A stretch of 64,000 nucleotides of DNA from Camelus ferus. Lineage: Eukaryota. The notes under the pieces are model-generated. The model ran no database searches. It saw only the letters and a list, made by a program, of their open reading frames with translations, and had not been told where the DNA came from. Below, in pieces: positions 50,900-64,000 of this stretch. Position 1 is the first letter of the stretch. Every line of letters starts with the position of its first letter. Location: contig NC_045697.1 in the NCBI RefSeq assembly GCF_009834535.1, positions 26,476,001 through 26,540,000 on the forward strand, in the 5' to 3' direction. Both the position numbers and the translations under genes were made by a program.

Positions 50900-53800
50900 C
50901 ACCATTTCTTACCACCTCTACCACCACTGCCCTGGTCTGGGGCATTAACTCTTAAGAATTATCGCATTAACTTCCTCCCTGCTTTTACCCTTGCCCACTA
51001 CAGTCTATTCTTGACACAGCCAAAGTGATTCTGCTCAAAATAAAGTCAAACCATGTATTCCTCTGTTTAGATTCCCTTTCTCTTAGACTAAAAATCAAAG
51101 CCATAAAATGGCCTGAAGGCCTAGAGCAGACATAAAGGTGTGCCACTCAGATCTCCCTTAGAAAAATAACTTGACATCCAGCTGCTTATATTAGCTGATG
51201 GCTTCTAGCTGAGGGACATCAGTATCTGCTGCAGCATTTAAAGCCCCACTCTTCCCAGGTAGTCCCCAGCCAATGACGCACATACAGTGGGGGTACTAGA
51301 CCTGGCTATCTATTCCTGCCAAATGCAAAACTACTCTTATAGGCCATCTTTGCTCTGAACCATTAGTTTGGCTGAGAATATACCAAATATGAATCACAAT
51401 GAGGTTGTCCCTGTTCAATTCTGTCTCCTTTCCTCTTGCATTTCACAGGTGTTAGATTTGCATTGCAGTCTGAAGCCTGTCCCTAACCAATTCTGCCTCT
51501 TTCTGCCTCTTTTTTAAGATATAGAATAATTGATTTACAATATTATATTAGTTTCCGGTGTACAGTATAGTGACTCAGTATTTTTACAGTTCATACTTCA
51601 TTAAAGCTATTACAAGATAACAGCTATAATTCTTTGTGCTATACAATATATCCTTGTTGTTTATGTATTTGATACATCGTTTGTATCTCTTAGTCCTATT
51701 CCTCTAATATGCCTCTCCCCCTTCCCTCTCCTCTTGGATAGTTTGTTTTCTATATCTATGAATGTTTTGCTATATATATTTGTTTATATTATTTTTTAGA
51801 TTCTACATATAAGTGATATGATACAGTGTTTGTCCTTCTCTGACTTATTTCACTAAGCATGATATTCTCTAGGTCCATCCACATTGCTGTAAATGATAAA
51901 ATTTCATTCTTTTTTATGGCTAAGTAATAGTCTAGTATAGATATATACCACATCTTCTTTAGCCACTTGTCTGTTTATGGACACTTGGATTGCTCTCATA
52001 TTTTGGCTATTGTAAATAGTGCTGCTATGAACATCGGGGTGCATGCATCTTTTCAAATTAGTGTTTTTGGGTTTTTCCAGGAATGGAATTGATAGGTCAT
52101 ATTGTAGTTCGATTTTTAGTTGTTTGAGAAACCTCCATACTGTTTTCCATAGTTGCTATACCAATTTACACTCCCACCAACAGTGTACAAGGGTTCCCTT
52201 TTCTCCATATCCTTGCCAACACTTGTCAATTGTAGACTTTCTCATGTTAGCCATTCTGACAGGTGTGAGGTGATGTCTCATTGTTTTGACTTGCATTTCT
52301 CTAATAATTAGTGATGTTAAGCAGTTTTTCATGTACTTGTTAGCCATCTGTATGTCTTCCTTGGAAAAATATCTATTCGTCTTCTGCTCATTTTTTTGAT
52401 TGGCTAGTTGGGGTTTTTCTGATACTAAGTTGTGGGAGCTGTTGATGTATTTTGGATATTAGTCCCTTGTTGGTCATATCATTTGCAAATATTTTCTCCC
52501 ATTTGGTAGTGTTTTGTTTTGTTGATGGTTTCCTTTGCTATGCAAAAGGTTTTAAGTTTAATTAGGTCCCATTTGTTTATTTTTGCTTTTATTTCTAATA
52601 AATGAATTTAGCAATGTTTCAGGATATAAGATTAAGATATAGAAATCTATTGCTTTTCTATACACTAATAATGAGCTATTAGAAAAAGAAAGTTCAAAAA
52701 ATCGTTTAAAATCACATCAAAAATTATTATAGAACCTAAGAATAAACTTAACCAAGGAGGTGAAAGACCTGTACTCTGAAAAAAATAAAATACTGATGAA
52801 GGAAATTGAAGATAACACAAAAAAATGGAAAGATACTGTACACTCCTGGATTGGAAGAATTAATATTGTTAAAATGGCCATACTGCTCAAAGCAATCTAC
52901 AGACTTAATGCAATTGCTATCAAAATACCCATGACAGTTTTCATTGAACTAGAACAAATAATCTTAAAATTCATATGCAACCACAAGAGACTCCAAACTG
53001 CCAAAGCAATCTTGAGGAAAAAAAGAACAAAACTGAAGGTACCACTCTCCCAGATTTCAGACTACACTACAAAGCTACAGTAATCAAAACAGCCTGGTAC
53101 TGGCACAAAAACATACACATACTTCAATGGAACAGAATAGAGAGCCCAGAAATAAACCCATGCATCTTTGATCAATTAATCTACAACAGAGGAAGCAAGA
53201 ATATACAATAGAGAAAAGACAGTCTCTTCAATAAGTGGTTCTGGGAAAACCAGAATGAGATTAGAACATTTCCTCACATCATATACAAAAATAAACTCAA
53301 AATGGATTGACGACCTAACTGTACAACCTGAGGCCATAAAACTCCTAGATGAGAGCATGGGCAGAACACTCTTTGACATAAATCTTAGTAATATTTTTTG
53401 GATCTGTCTCCTAAAGCAAAAGAAATAAAAGCTAAAATAAACAAATAGGACCCATTCTTCATTTTTCATTCACAGGATGCTGCCCCTAATAAACTTCTTG
53501 CACTCCTAACTCTGTATCAGCATCTGCTTGCTGGAGGACCCACACTGACCATGATCTGGCCTTTGTGTTTCTGTGACCTTATGTCTCCTACTTTCCACCT
53601 CACTCTCTCTACTTTACCTTCACTGGCCTCCTCATCACGCTCTGAATGTGCCAGGCCCTTTCTCTGTCTCCTCTGCCCACATATTAGCATGGCCAACTCT
53701 TTAACATTATTCATATCTTTATCAAATATCAATTTCTCCACAAGGCCTACCGAAACTAATCTGTTTATTTCTGCAACCTGACACTCTCCTACCACCATGT

Positions 53801-53960
53801 TTAGTACTTATGTTCTCTCTTACGCTGCTCAGCTTTTCCCATTTTCTTTAACATGTAAGCTGAATTTAAGCTCCTTATGGGTAGAATCGCTATTTGGATC
53901 ACTGAAATATCTCTAACGCTAGCATGTGCCTGCCACGTCACTATTTTTTTTTAATATTAA
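50900..53960 (+). mobile_element. L2 (50900-51125; 53552-53960) interrupted by an LTR16A-like LTR (51130-51510; 53452-53551)
   Basis: L2 blocks CCACTACAGTCTATTC...GCCAAAGTGATT and ATGATCTGGCC...CCTTCACTGGCCTCCT; LTR16 end AATAAACTTCTTGCACTCCTAACTCTGTATCAGCATCTGCTT. Confidence 0.65.
51510..53452. mobile_element. L1, ~1.9 kb, 5'-inverted
   Basis: 51510-52596 antisense 3' end (ORF 52156-52347); 52597-53452 sense ORF2 (ORFs 52760-53083 [17 protein letters not shown], 52975-53211 [22 protein letters not shown]). Confidence 0.93.
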
Positions 53961-56900
53961 ATTCCTTCTTCTGTGCTATAGATGCAGCCTTCTTATTGGA
54001 GTGTGGCCCAAAATGGGAAAAGGAAAAGCTCTGAACTGAATAAAAGGTAGAAACTTTAAACCAAAAAGATTTTCAACACCTGTAATTGAGATCTGATTTA
54101 CCTGAATGTGACAGGAAGACTGTCCAATTATCAAGATATTGTCAGGAACACATGAAGAAGAATTAACAGGACAGGAGTGTTGAGGAAAAAAAATACTTGC
54201 TTTCTGCTTGTATCCTGCTGAATCCAGTTAGTCCAATATATAATATCATACACAAAACAACTACATTCTAATCAGATCTGTGGTGCGCAAGAAATAAAAT
54301 ATAAAAACGAAAAACCTACAGTTAGAGAACTGAATTTAAGTCTAACCAGAAATGACTAGTTGGGCAAACTAAATGGATTTGTCTTCTCTCTGACAGATTT
54401 CTCACCTACAAAATGGTAACAGTTAAACTTAATTCACAGGGGTCTTGTGTCACCCTAATCTACTCAAAATAGAGAAATGTAAAAGTAACCTGGAAACTAT
54501 GAAAATTGTCATGTTGATATAATTTGAATTCACAAAGAAGTGTTTTTTCTATGATTATTCTCTGATAAATATTTTTGGCTGATTTAAATCCAGAGCATGA
54601 CAACTTATTAACAATTCCAACAAGTATACAGAGAAGAAAAAGGGAAAGAAATTGAAATAGTTTCCTTTATTAGATGTTTGTTTTACTTCTGGATCATCCC
54701 ACCCATTTTTTTTTTTTTTTTTTTTACAAATGACCCCTATCTACCTTAAAGATGACAATGGAAAATAAAGGAAAAACTCCTCACTCTTTTAGAAATGAGA
54801 ATGAATCAACTCAAAACCCTGCATATTCATTCAAGCAGAATTACTGAAGAGCACAAGATCTTTTTTTTTTTTCAAAAGGAAAAGAATTAAAAGACAAATC
54901 AGTGATGTGTTACTTGGAAGACATGAACAAGGAAGATGGACTTCCAAAAATATAGAATTTATCACCACTATTTCAAAGATGTTTTAATTAAAAGGTAAAC
55001 TCCAAATTAAGGTATGACTTGTATAGGCTCAGCCAATGATAATCATTTGAAGAGGAATAGACAGTTTGATATGTTTGAAGGATGGCTGTAACTCTTTGTT
55101 TCTACTCACAGTTTGAATTGGGTGGTTCTGAATAGATGATAAAGTAGTATGAAAAAACCAAAGTATAAAGAAATGTGCATGTTAGGTTGCAGCAATTTAT
55201 TTTTGGCTGTTTCATTACCTTAGTGATAATCTTGCAAGGTATTTAAATCCTGTTCATTTCTAAACACAATATTATACTCATTATAAAACAGACACACCAT
55301 TTCACACATGAATTCTTTTGATGGTTTGATATTTTACTAATATTCACATCCCTAAACCAAGTCTAAATAATAAAATGACAAAGAGATGGGTAGAAAAAAC
55401 TTGTTCACTGATTTCAGCTGCTTCAGTTAGTCAGAGTCTATATGTTTGATTCTTTTCCTGAATTAACCAGTGGTTAATGAACACAACTAATACAAGCCAA
55501 CATAAATAACTGATGGTGATAAATTATCTGACTTATCTGGGACCATTCTGACTATTTTAAACCAATAGTCCATTCATTATTAACATCAGCACAACAGTGG
55601 ACCAGTCTAACAGCACATTTACTACTACTAGAAAACAACTGAATTGTTAGGAATGCCAAAATATTCTAAGTTGGATCAAATTCTTTGAGCATACTATTTA
55701 CAATAACTTCTTTGAACAAAATAAATGATGTCAAAGACCCAAAAGTATTCATCCTAATAAGGACAAATAACAAAAAGTCACAAAGTATCCCACATATAGT
55801 TTAGAGTTTTCATAAGTGTATGTTTAATGACAGTAATCTCTTTTCCTCCACAGAAAAACAGCATTTATGTCTTTCAATAGCTGGGCTTGAATGATCTTAT
55901 TCAGCTTTTTGATTTAATTTAATCTGGTCCTAAGAGCAAGTGAAGAAGTTCCATCACAGCATGCAATAAAGTTCCTTATACTTCACTCTCTTGAGGTATA
56001 TCTCAAGTCCCACTCCATCCAAAAGTCATTCCAATGTATTCCAGCCAATTGGGGAGCACCTACTGTGTACGAGATCTGACTCTACTTTCAGGATAAATGA
56101 ATAGTGATATAAATTACCTGCCTCCAGAAAACATACACACCTCGGGCCTCAACTGTCTCATGAAGATTAAGAACATGGAACTTGGAAAGAGCATCTAACT
56201 CTGCACTGGAGAGAACAGGTCAAGGAAGACAGCACTGAAGAAATGACAGTAGTGATGTGTAATCAGGAACAAGAGTAAGGTGAGCAGCAGCAGTTTGTGA
56301 TCAAAGAAGAAGAAAAGAGATGGAAGGAGGGAGATGAATTTCACTGTGTTTCAGTCTATGCTGGATTTAGAATCTCTCCTCTCTGGGCTTCTGCTCTGTT
56401 TCCCTCAAAGAGAAACAAACAGTTGTAGCTTCCCATTGTTATAAAAGAGTTCCACGGTCTATTGCAAACCATATTGTCAATTCTCTGTTTCTCCATCACT
56501 CTCACTCAGTACCCAGCACAGCACTGTGCACAGAGAATGTTCTCAATAACCAATGGGTTAAGTGAAAATGGAAATTTCAGAATAGGAATTTTTAAAGATT
56601 GTATATCACCTTCAAAAAACCACTGTGAAGACACATTCAATCTACATCTTTATACAGATCCATACCAGTAGGTATTTCACCAACTTCTTCATCTCCCTTC
56701 CTTTCCTGTTGTCAGAACAGCATGAGGATTTTGTGGATACTGACAGAATTGAGTCTGTGATGCTAATTTCTTAAATAAAGTTTAACAGAGATCAGTGCCA
56801 AACTGCCTTTGTTGCTTCCCCAAAGTACAGAAAGGGCAATGTGGCTTAGGGATAAAAATTGACCATTTTTCACCCCAAAATTATTCTGTCATTCCATGTT

Positions 56901-58589
56901 GAATGAAGCAGTTCTATTTTTTAAAGTTATTTGTAGACACTTTGAAGAGAAAAGATGCTGTCAACGTATGTTAGCATCGATTTTTTTTTTTCTGGCATAA
57001 ATGCTGAAACTGGAAAAGTAGATATTAAAAAAAGACATATCTCTAGATTTGATTTTTGCTTTTTTTGAGGTTTCTGTCTGACATTCAACCTTTTTCAAAG
57101 CAATTACAGTAACAAAATAATATGCTTATTAAGAATGTATTCCCTTTTAAAAGATTGGTTTTTCATTTGAAGAAGGAAAAGAAAGGATTTTAAACAGAGA
57201 ACCCAGTGCATAATATTTTAAATTAGAATAAATATTTTAAAAGGTAGCCACATTAGCAAAGTTTTCAAATTATGCCAAAACATGAGAGCATGTTGTAATT
57301 CTAAAAATGCAGAAATTGCTGCCTTAAGTGATATGCAAATAGACTTATAATTCAGGTATGGCCTTAAATAACATTCATTTCCCTGAAACTCATAATTAGG
57401 TTAAATACACCATTATCATTCACCTTGAGGTCGGTTAAGAAAGTACAGGTTTAAATAAAAAAATTAACATAGGAAGTTACTCTTGATGTTAAAAAGGGGA
57501 GAAAAAAAATCCCTAACATTGATATTGAAAATGAATGTATCCAGCTGCTATATGAGGAATTCTCCCTTTCCAGGCAATCTCCTCAGACCCAGATTCATCA
57601 CTGATAAAATCAGGTCACTTCCAGCTTTTCAGAATTTGAGAATTCTATAAGTAATGAATCTATGCCCTTTCCAATAACATGACTTTGCACTAAGACCCTC
57701 ACTTGGTTAAGAAGGAAGGGAAAGAAGCACATATGGAGTCTTTTTTACTTCTCTTTCTCTTTTTCGCCTGCTCTAGGGCTCTGCCAAAGGGCCGGCTGAT
57801 GATCGATCCTTGCACTTAATAGGTTCTTCTAAGCCAAGAACCTGTTCTCTACTTATTCGAACATGGAAGGTTATGTTGGTAGAGCTGACTGTGAATCCAC
57901 ATCCTGAGCAGTTGACATAGCCACAGCAGGACTGCCTTACTCACTAACCACAGTTAGAGAAGCTGAACCAGAGCACTCAGGTATGATGGAGCCAGCTTCT
58001 AGGAGGCTTTATGTCCAGACTGTGCTTGAAATTGATTCCTGCATTAAAGGCATGGAAGCCCAGCCCACTGATATAATTAGGTCCAGTGACCAGACTAACA
58101 ACTCTTTTTTCTTTCTTTAGAAAGGTAGGTCAGAAGATGGGCAGGGATTTCTTTGAGAAGTTGAAGGAACTTTTGAGAAATTCCCTTCTCAAAAGACTGA
58201 GACAGAAAAAAGACAAAGAAGAGTTAATTTTTCTACCTAATATTCTAATGTTAGTTTAACTCAGCATTTTCCAATATGTGTTTCAATATAATAGACACAT
58301 CTTTGAAAATCCATGGATTTTTCCATTTCACTTAAATTGTGATGTCATTAGCTTTTAATGTGTTAAATCAGTGGTTTTCAAGGTTTCAGGAGGAGAGAGA
58401 ATAGGTAGAACAATAAAGCCATTGATTGTTAGACTAGGCCAACTTGTTGTAGAAGTTTTTAAAAAAGTGGTTAGAGAGAATTTCAAAAATTGTGAAGTTG
58501 TATCCCCGAACAGACAGAAGGCTTTGGGCAGAAAGAGGGAAAGAAATAATGCCAGTAGACAACTGTAATTAGCAGCTCCATGTTCCATG

Positions 58590-58800
58590 TACTTTTCAAG
58601 AACTTAATACATACTGTCTCACTTAAATCTTTATAATAACTTTCTGATATTATCTTCAGTCTACAGTTATGGAACTGTGGAAACTAAGGGAGAGGATTTA
58701 AGTAACTTGCTCAAGTTTACACAGCTGTAAATGGCAGAAGGTGAGTTCAAACTCAGGAATTCCAGGTCAAGAGCTGATGTTTTGATGCTACACTCTTCTA
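58590..58800 (-). mobile_element. MIR SINE
   Basis: GGAAACTAAGG...TAAGTAACTTGCTCAAGTTTACACAGCTGTAAATGGCAGAAG...TTCAAACTCAGG. Confidence 0.75.
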
Positions 58801-58879
58801 CTTCTGCTATTCTGCACAGAGTTCTGACATACTTTTTCTCACTTTCAACAACTTCATCTTCACAGGGTCAAACTGTAGG

Positions 58880-59620
58880 TCAAAAGGTAGGAAAGGAGAA
58901 GAAAATGTCATACAATGGAAGTCTCAGAGAGATTAAGGAGAAGCTGCCTAAAGAGGGAGTCATATACCTGGCTTCATGTTTGGAAATCTGGAAGGAGACC
59001 ACCTTTTCCACCAGGGGAAGAAAAAGTGCCCCTGTGCCTTCATGGGCAGCCACAGTGATATGTAAATGTGTCACTGACATTTAGGCACAGAGATGGCTTG
59101 AGTTATACTTCTCTGTGGCGTCAAATCAGTGCAGAAGTCCCTGCATGTGTTAGAGGGGAAGAGAAAGACAGCTGAGTTAAGAGGAGTTGAAAAGAAAGCC
59201 ATAGGACTTCTCTGACACAAGGCAATGTGGCTACAAGACTGAGAGACCAAATGCTGGCTGAGACTCAAAGATCTGCAGTGTCAATGCAAATCAAAGTGAG
59301 GTCCAGGCATCAAGGATTTTGACCACACCAGTAGGGTGGACCATGGGTACACCAGCACAGATGACAGTGGTGAATTCTAGCAAACAAATCAGTGGACAGA
59401 CTAAAGGAAAAGTCAAGTCCACTGCTTAAGACCACTTATGGGTCCAAGGTCACAATCCCTACCCCTTGGTATCATGGACACCAGTTAAGTTCCTTCTTGA
59501 TTCCAGGTATGTATAGGATTGGATATGGAGGCCAGAAGAGTCTCTGAATTTCTGAATATTTACCAAAAAGTGTCTTTGTCTGTCAGAAATTGTTTTGAAT
59601 TGGGAAGATCTGAGATACAG
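58880..59620 (+). mobile_element. Possible ancient Gypsy-like LTR (MamGypLTR-type)
   Basis: Purine-rich block ending TCTGAATATTTACCAAAAAG...GGAAGATCTGA, loosely like MamGyp LTR termini. Confidence 0.35.
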
Positions 59621-59654
59621 TGAAGATAACCTGATGTACAGTGTTCAATTTGCA

Positions 59655-59955
59655 AGCAGCAGCTGCAGAAAACACTAGTTCTGTATGTTGTTAATAAAGA
59701 TTATTGAGAAATTTATTTTCTTGCTGCGTAAGATTCAGAATACTGAGTTGAAAAATACACAGGTTTTCATGGTATAGGAATTCTCAGAAACTTAAATTAG
59801 GGTCATTAGCAGTGTGAATCTGAGAGCAGATTATATAACTTCAAGTTTTAAAATGTCCCAAACATTTTTTCCATGTTAAATTTTCCATATTAAATTTTTA
59901 TGTTAAATTTTCCATTTAGTATAATTAGCATTTCACAGAACACTCTTTAGGAAAA
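59655..59955. mobile_element. hAT-Charlie MITE remnant (MER102/112-like)
   Basis: CAGAAAACACTAGTTCTG ... AGCATTTCACAGAACACTCTTTAGGAAA. Confidence 0.45.
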
Positions 59956-61529
59956 AAATGGTTTGTTTCAATACAAGGGATCTATGTGATTATCAAACAC
60001 AAAGGCAGGATCCAGGGTAAATATGGTAACTCACACACAGTCATATACACACATACAGGAGACTGACAGTGAGAGAGAGTTCTAAATCTCCTTGCAGAGT
60101 AAGCATTCCACAATTACTTATTAATATTTTAGTGACAATTACCAGACCTGGCAATCTTATTCTACTCATCTGCATCATATATTCATTTTGTGCTAGACAG
60201 TGAGACAGTACGGTTGTTTTTTTCCCTTCAGATAAATTGTCTTGCACATGGCCAACTGAGTACAATTAGATATATTAAGATGGTTTAAATTTTGAATTAA
60301 TATTTGTTGAGAAAAGCTAAGCAAGCTTTCTTCCCTGGGTGCTCACATTGTTCACTTTAGTACAGAGAATCCGAGGCTGTGGGATATTTTTCCCAGTGTA
60401 GACTATCATTTATTACTGTGTACTAAAATTTTATCTGAATATTTTCCAGTAAAATCTAGATGACCAAAATAGGATCTAATGCTAAAATCCACATATTTTG
60501 ACTCTTTTTTCTAATCTGCATAAGTTGCACCTGAAAAATTCAGTTGTATAAAATAATGAACATTTTGCTCCTTAAACCCCTCTTTTAAGGCTGTTCCATT
60601 TTACCGGATTAATCAATCTTCAGGGACATCACTTTTAACTCTCAAAACAGGTGTTGCAACACAACAGGTAGAAAATCCATAGCACATTATAATCAGTTAT
60701 TCTGAAATGATCCTAATGTTGTACCAACACAAATAAGCTGTTTAAATCATTTTTAGCAGCATCTGTTGCTAGTGGATTTAATACCTGATTGTTGGATCAG
60801 GATTTCTAAATCCTTTCATCCAGGAAAAATACTAGGACCTAGTTAAACCATGTGTCAGATAAATCCTTATCCTAAGAGTCCAGGTTTCACCTGGGGAGGT
60901 TATCATCTTTGTACCCTTTGTTAGCTCATCTCTTTCCAGTTAAAAGAAGCAGAGTCACATTCTGGTTACTTTAAGTCAGGGAGGCACATTATAAGTAAAC
61001 ATAGAAAAGCAAGGAAAATCACACTGCCTGGAAGTGTATATTACCACTCAGAAATTAGCAGTTTACCCAGATGTCCAAGAGCAGCTGTGATGTCCTTGCT
61101 GAAGAACTTGACTCTTACGGATACATGACTAGGTCTCTCCATTCTAATGCTTAACCAGTTAGTTGGCTTATGCACCACTCTCAATAACTGGCACTCTCTC
61201 TGTATCTCACAGTCAAGCCCCTAGAGAGTGGATTAGATGAGATGAGATAAGATGAGATGAGATGAACTGACAATTGAGCAAGCCTCTCATATTGGGCCAC
61301 ATCATAATCTCTGCAAATCCATGTCTGTTTACATACATAAATCTACTCTGGCTTCAAGTAAACCCTATCAGGAAGGGAGGTAACATTATAAGATTTCCTC
61401 AGAAAGAAATCTAGGAGCTGTAAGCACTGTGAACCTAATAAATTCTTTTTCAGTGCATCTTAGTGTGAAGACTCTTTCAAGCACTTTAAATGATATAAGA
61501 TCTTAGCCCACCTTTAACAAACACACTAG

Positions 61530-62260
61530 CCTGCCACAGTTCTATAGATGTCAGCAGAAGACACATGATTCCTGAATCAGAGACAATGGCAGTTCATTAT
61601 TCACAGCCACTGCTATGTACCTCTTTGCCAAGCCACTATTCCCATAGGGCAACAGGAAGAGGGCAAGGGAATATCTGCACAAGAAGAATCCCAAGCTTAG
61701 GAAACCTGAATCTTTTCCGGGCAGTAAACCTGCCTGAACTTTTCCCCAGAGGGAGACACTGTCTTTATTATACCTGCTTTAATATGAATGTTTTTGTCCC
61801 TCCAAAATTTATATGTTGAAATTCTAATGCCAAATATGATGGTATTAGGAGATGAGACCTTTGGGAGGTGTTTAGGTCATGAGAGTGGAGCCTTCATGAA
61901 AGGGCTTAATGTTCTTATAAGAGACACCACAGAGATCCCTCACCCATTCCATCATGTGAGATACAATGAGAAGTCTGTAACTGGAAAGAGAGCCTTCACC
62001 TGATCATGCTGGCATCCCAGCCTCCAGAATTGTGAGAAATAATTGTCTGTATAAGTCACCTCATTTGTTTATGGCAGCCCCAATGGACTAAGACAATTTT
62101 GGACAGTAAACAAACCTGAAGTTTGCTGCAGAGAGAAACAGTATCTCTGTCTTCCAGGACTATTCACTAGACAGACATCCTTGAAGGGTATTTCAGAGAA
62201 AAAGGCAGTGAGTGCCTCTGCTTCTAAGACATGCAGAAATACAAAACTGTTTCCCAGAAG
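61530..62260 (-). mobile_element. ERVL LTR of the MER54/MER74 group, split by MLT1A
   Basis: GCAGAAGACACATGATTCCTG...CCCCAGAGGGAGACACTGTCTTTATTATAC | GGACAGTAAACAAACCTG...ACATCCTTGAA. Confidence 0.7.
61775..62095 (+). mobile_element. MaLR solo LTR, MLT1A/MLT1A0-like
   Basis: TGAATGTTTTTGTCCCTCCAAAATTTATATGTTGAAATTCTAA...GCAGCCCCAATGGACTAAGACA. Confidence 0.88.
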
Positions 62261-62879
62261 GAGACCCTAGCTCAAAGGATACTACACACGATTTATATGA
62301 AGAGGTATAATCAAACCGAAATAATATTGCCAACAAGAAATATTTGAGTTACATATGAAAATTAAAAACACCAAGTATAAAGTGCTCTTTTCAACTCAGA
62401 GTCACTGGAGGAATCCATCTATGCTTTTGCCCCATTCCAAGACCTCTACAAGATTCTGCCTTAAACTCATTGCTTCTTTTGTTTAGTGATTTTATGACAA
62501 AGTACTGAGAAAATAGACAGCCTGTTCTTCAAACACCCAGGGTCTCCATAGAGATAACTTGTTCCCTACCTATCTTAGCAACATTATTTCCTTCTTCATC
62601 TTTTCTTTTTCCTAAATTGCTAAGAGATATGAAAAAAAAAAAACTCTACTGCTCTCAAGAACAGAGAAATCACTGCAAGATTCCTCCATCCCAAATATTT
62701 ACTAGTATTTTTCTCTTAGGAAAGCCCATTTGCATGGCTAAGAATGGACACTTGAGGAAAAAATAAATAAACATCCAGAAAGTAGCAGGATTTCATCAGG
62801 GTGTTTGTTTTGCTTTGCTTTGATTGTATTTGCATAGGCACATGTGTTATATATTTCTGATTTCAAGATAATAACTGAT

Positions 62880-63400
62880 TTTGGCAGAGACTTCATGCCT
62901 ATCCAACATCTATTTTCCCCCTCTTCTATTATAATATCAGACCTATTCAGACCTTTAAGATAACCAGTCACAGGAATACATTACTTGGCTTTTCTTGGAG
63001 CTACACATTGCCATGAGGCTAAGGTCTGCCGGGACCTTATGATAACGATAGAAGCACATGTGCTGGAGGAAAATTGGGGAAGACTCTGTGAGGGAGCTGA
63101 CTCTGCATGGAAGTGTGCTCTTTTCACCTTTCCCTCTACTTTATCACTGCTAATGTGGATGTGAGGACTGGAGCTTTTGCAGCCCTTGCAAAGGATTGTG
63201 GACCAAGTTAGAAGTAGCCTGGGTCCCTAATGACTTTCTGAAACCATTTTACCAGCTTTATACTCTCTATCTCCAAATTACTATTATATGAGACCATAAA
63301 CAAACAAACAAACAAAAATTTCTAATGTATTTAAGTCACTATGTTTTTTGTTTGTTTTTGGAGGGGGGTATGTTTCATTCTTTGCAGCCCTAAATAACTA
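62880..63400 (+). mobile_element. MaLR LTR (MLT1J-like)
   Basis: TGGCAGAGAC...CCATGAGGCTAAGGTCTG...GTAGCCTGGGTCCCTAATGAC...TTTAAGTCACT...TTGCAGCC. Confidence 0.7.
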
Positions 63401-63892
63401 TGTAATAATCCTTACAGAAAATCTGGAGAATATATTAAAAAAAATACAAGAAAAGCAAAACCACCTGTATTTTCGACTCAGTGGCAAAATTTATCCAGAT
63501 TATCAATGTGTTATAAATGAATGAATCAAAACATCTCTAGGAACATCTATGAGGAAACAAGCACTTTATATTTAGAACTTTATTTTAATATTTATTTTTA
63601 ACTTACTTTTTAAGCAGATCCTATTCTTGGCTTTAGAAATCAAGGATCTAATTTCTACTCTGGAGGTCCTCAAAAAGGTCCATGAGCTAAAAATACCATC
63701 ACATGAGATTTTTGCTAGGCCTCAGGGTTTCGTGGTGTGTCTAATGCCCCACATTCATAGATATTTTATTAGGAATATAATGCAAGCCCATGATACATTC
63801 AAATGATACAAAGTGTACAAAATGAAAAGGAATGTCTTCATTAAATCCCCTTCCCTTCCTATCAAAATCTAAATGGTAAACAAGTTTTATGC

Positions 63893-64000
63893 TGTCAAGT
63901 AAAAAATGCAAAACCTAAAAGTTGAGAGTTACGTTTTATTTGGTGGACATTTTTGAGGACTTAAGCCTGGGATACAGCCTCTCAGGTAGCTCTAAGAGAC
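63893..64000 (-). mobile_element. ERV1 LTR (MER41-like) 3' end, cut by window edge
   Basis: TGTCAAGTAAAAAATGCAAAACCTAAAAGTTGAGAGTTACGTTTTATTTGG...GAGGACTTAAGCCTGGGATACAGCCTCTCAG. Confidence 0.75.

Noticed and set aside
1..64000. A novel multi-gene system
   Set aside because: No intact coding genes, operon-like structure or RNA genes could be supported; recognisable ORFs derive from transposons and the rest are consistent with chance.

Overview
AT-rich, CpG-poor mammalian genomic DNA, most likely from a camelid (alpaca/llama/camel), judged from a tRNA-Ala-derived Vic-1-type SINE at ~22102-22229. I recognise no host protein-coding exon or RNA gene, so this looks like intergenic or deep intronic sequence. 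The ORF track is explained by degraded L1 ORF2, a decayed Tigger1 transposase, LTR sequence and chance ORFs. Much of the window is interspersed repeat: L1s of several ages, L2, MIR, MaLR/ERVL/ERV1/ERV2 solo LTRs, and Tigger and hAT DNA elements. Best-supported structural observations: (1) an L1-mediated 3' transduction of ~310 bp of foreign sequence bounded by a perfect 17-bp TSD (35146-35807); (2) a CpG-rich ERV2-like solo LTR carrying YY1, CTCF-like and GC-box motifs (~45788-46235); (3) a four-layer nest (old L1 > Tigger1 > SINE > young L1) whose SINE target is a locally generated hairpin; (4) three 5'-inverted (twin-primed) L1s; (5) a near-perfect 3 x 54-bp tandem repeat. I found no evidence for a new multi-gene biological system. 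Repeat family names come from recalled consensus similarity, not a database search, and boundaries are approximate unless TSD/TIR coordinates are given.
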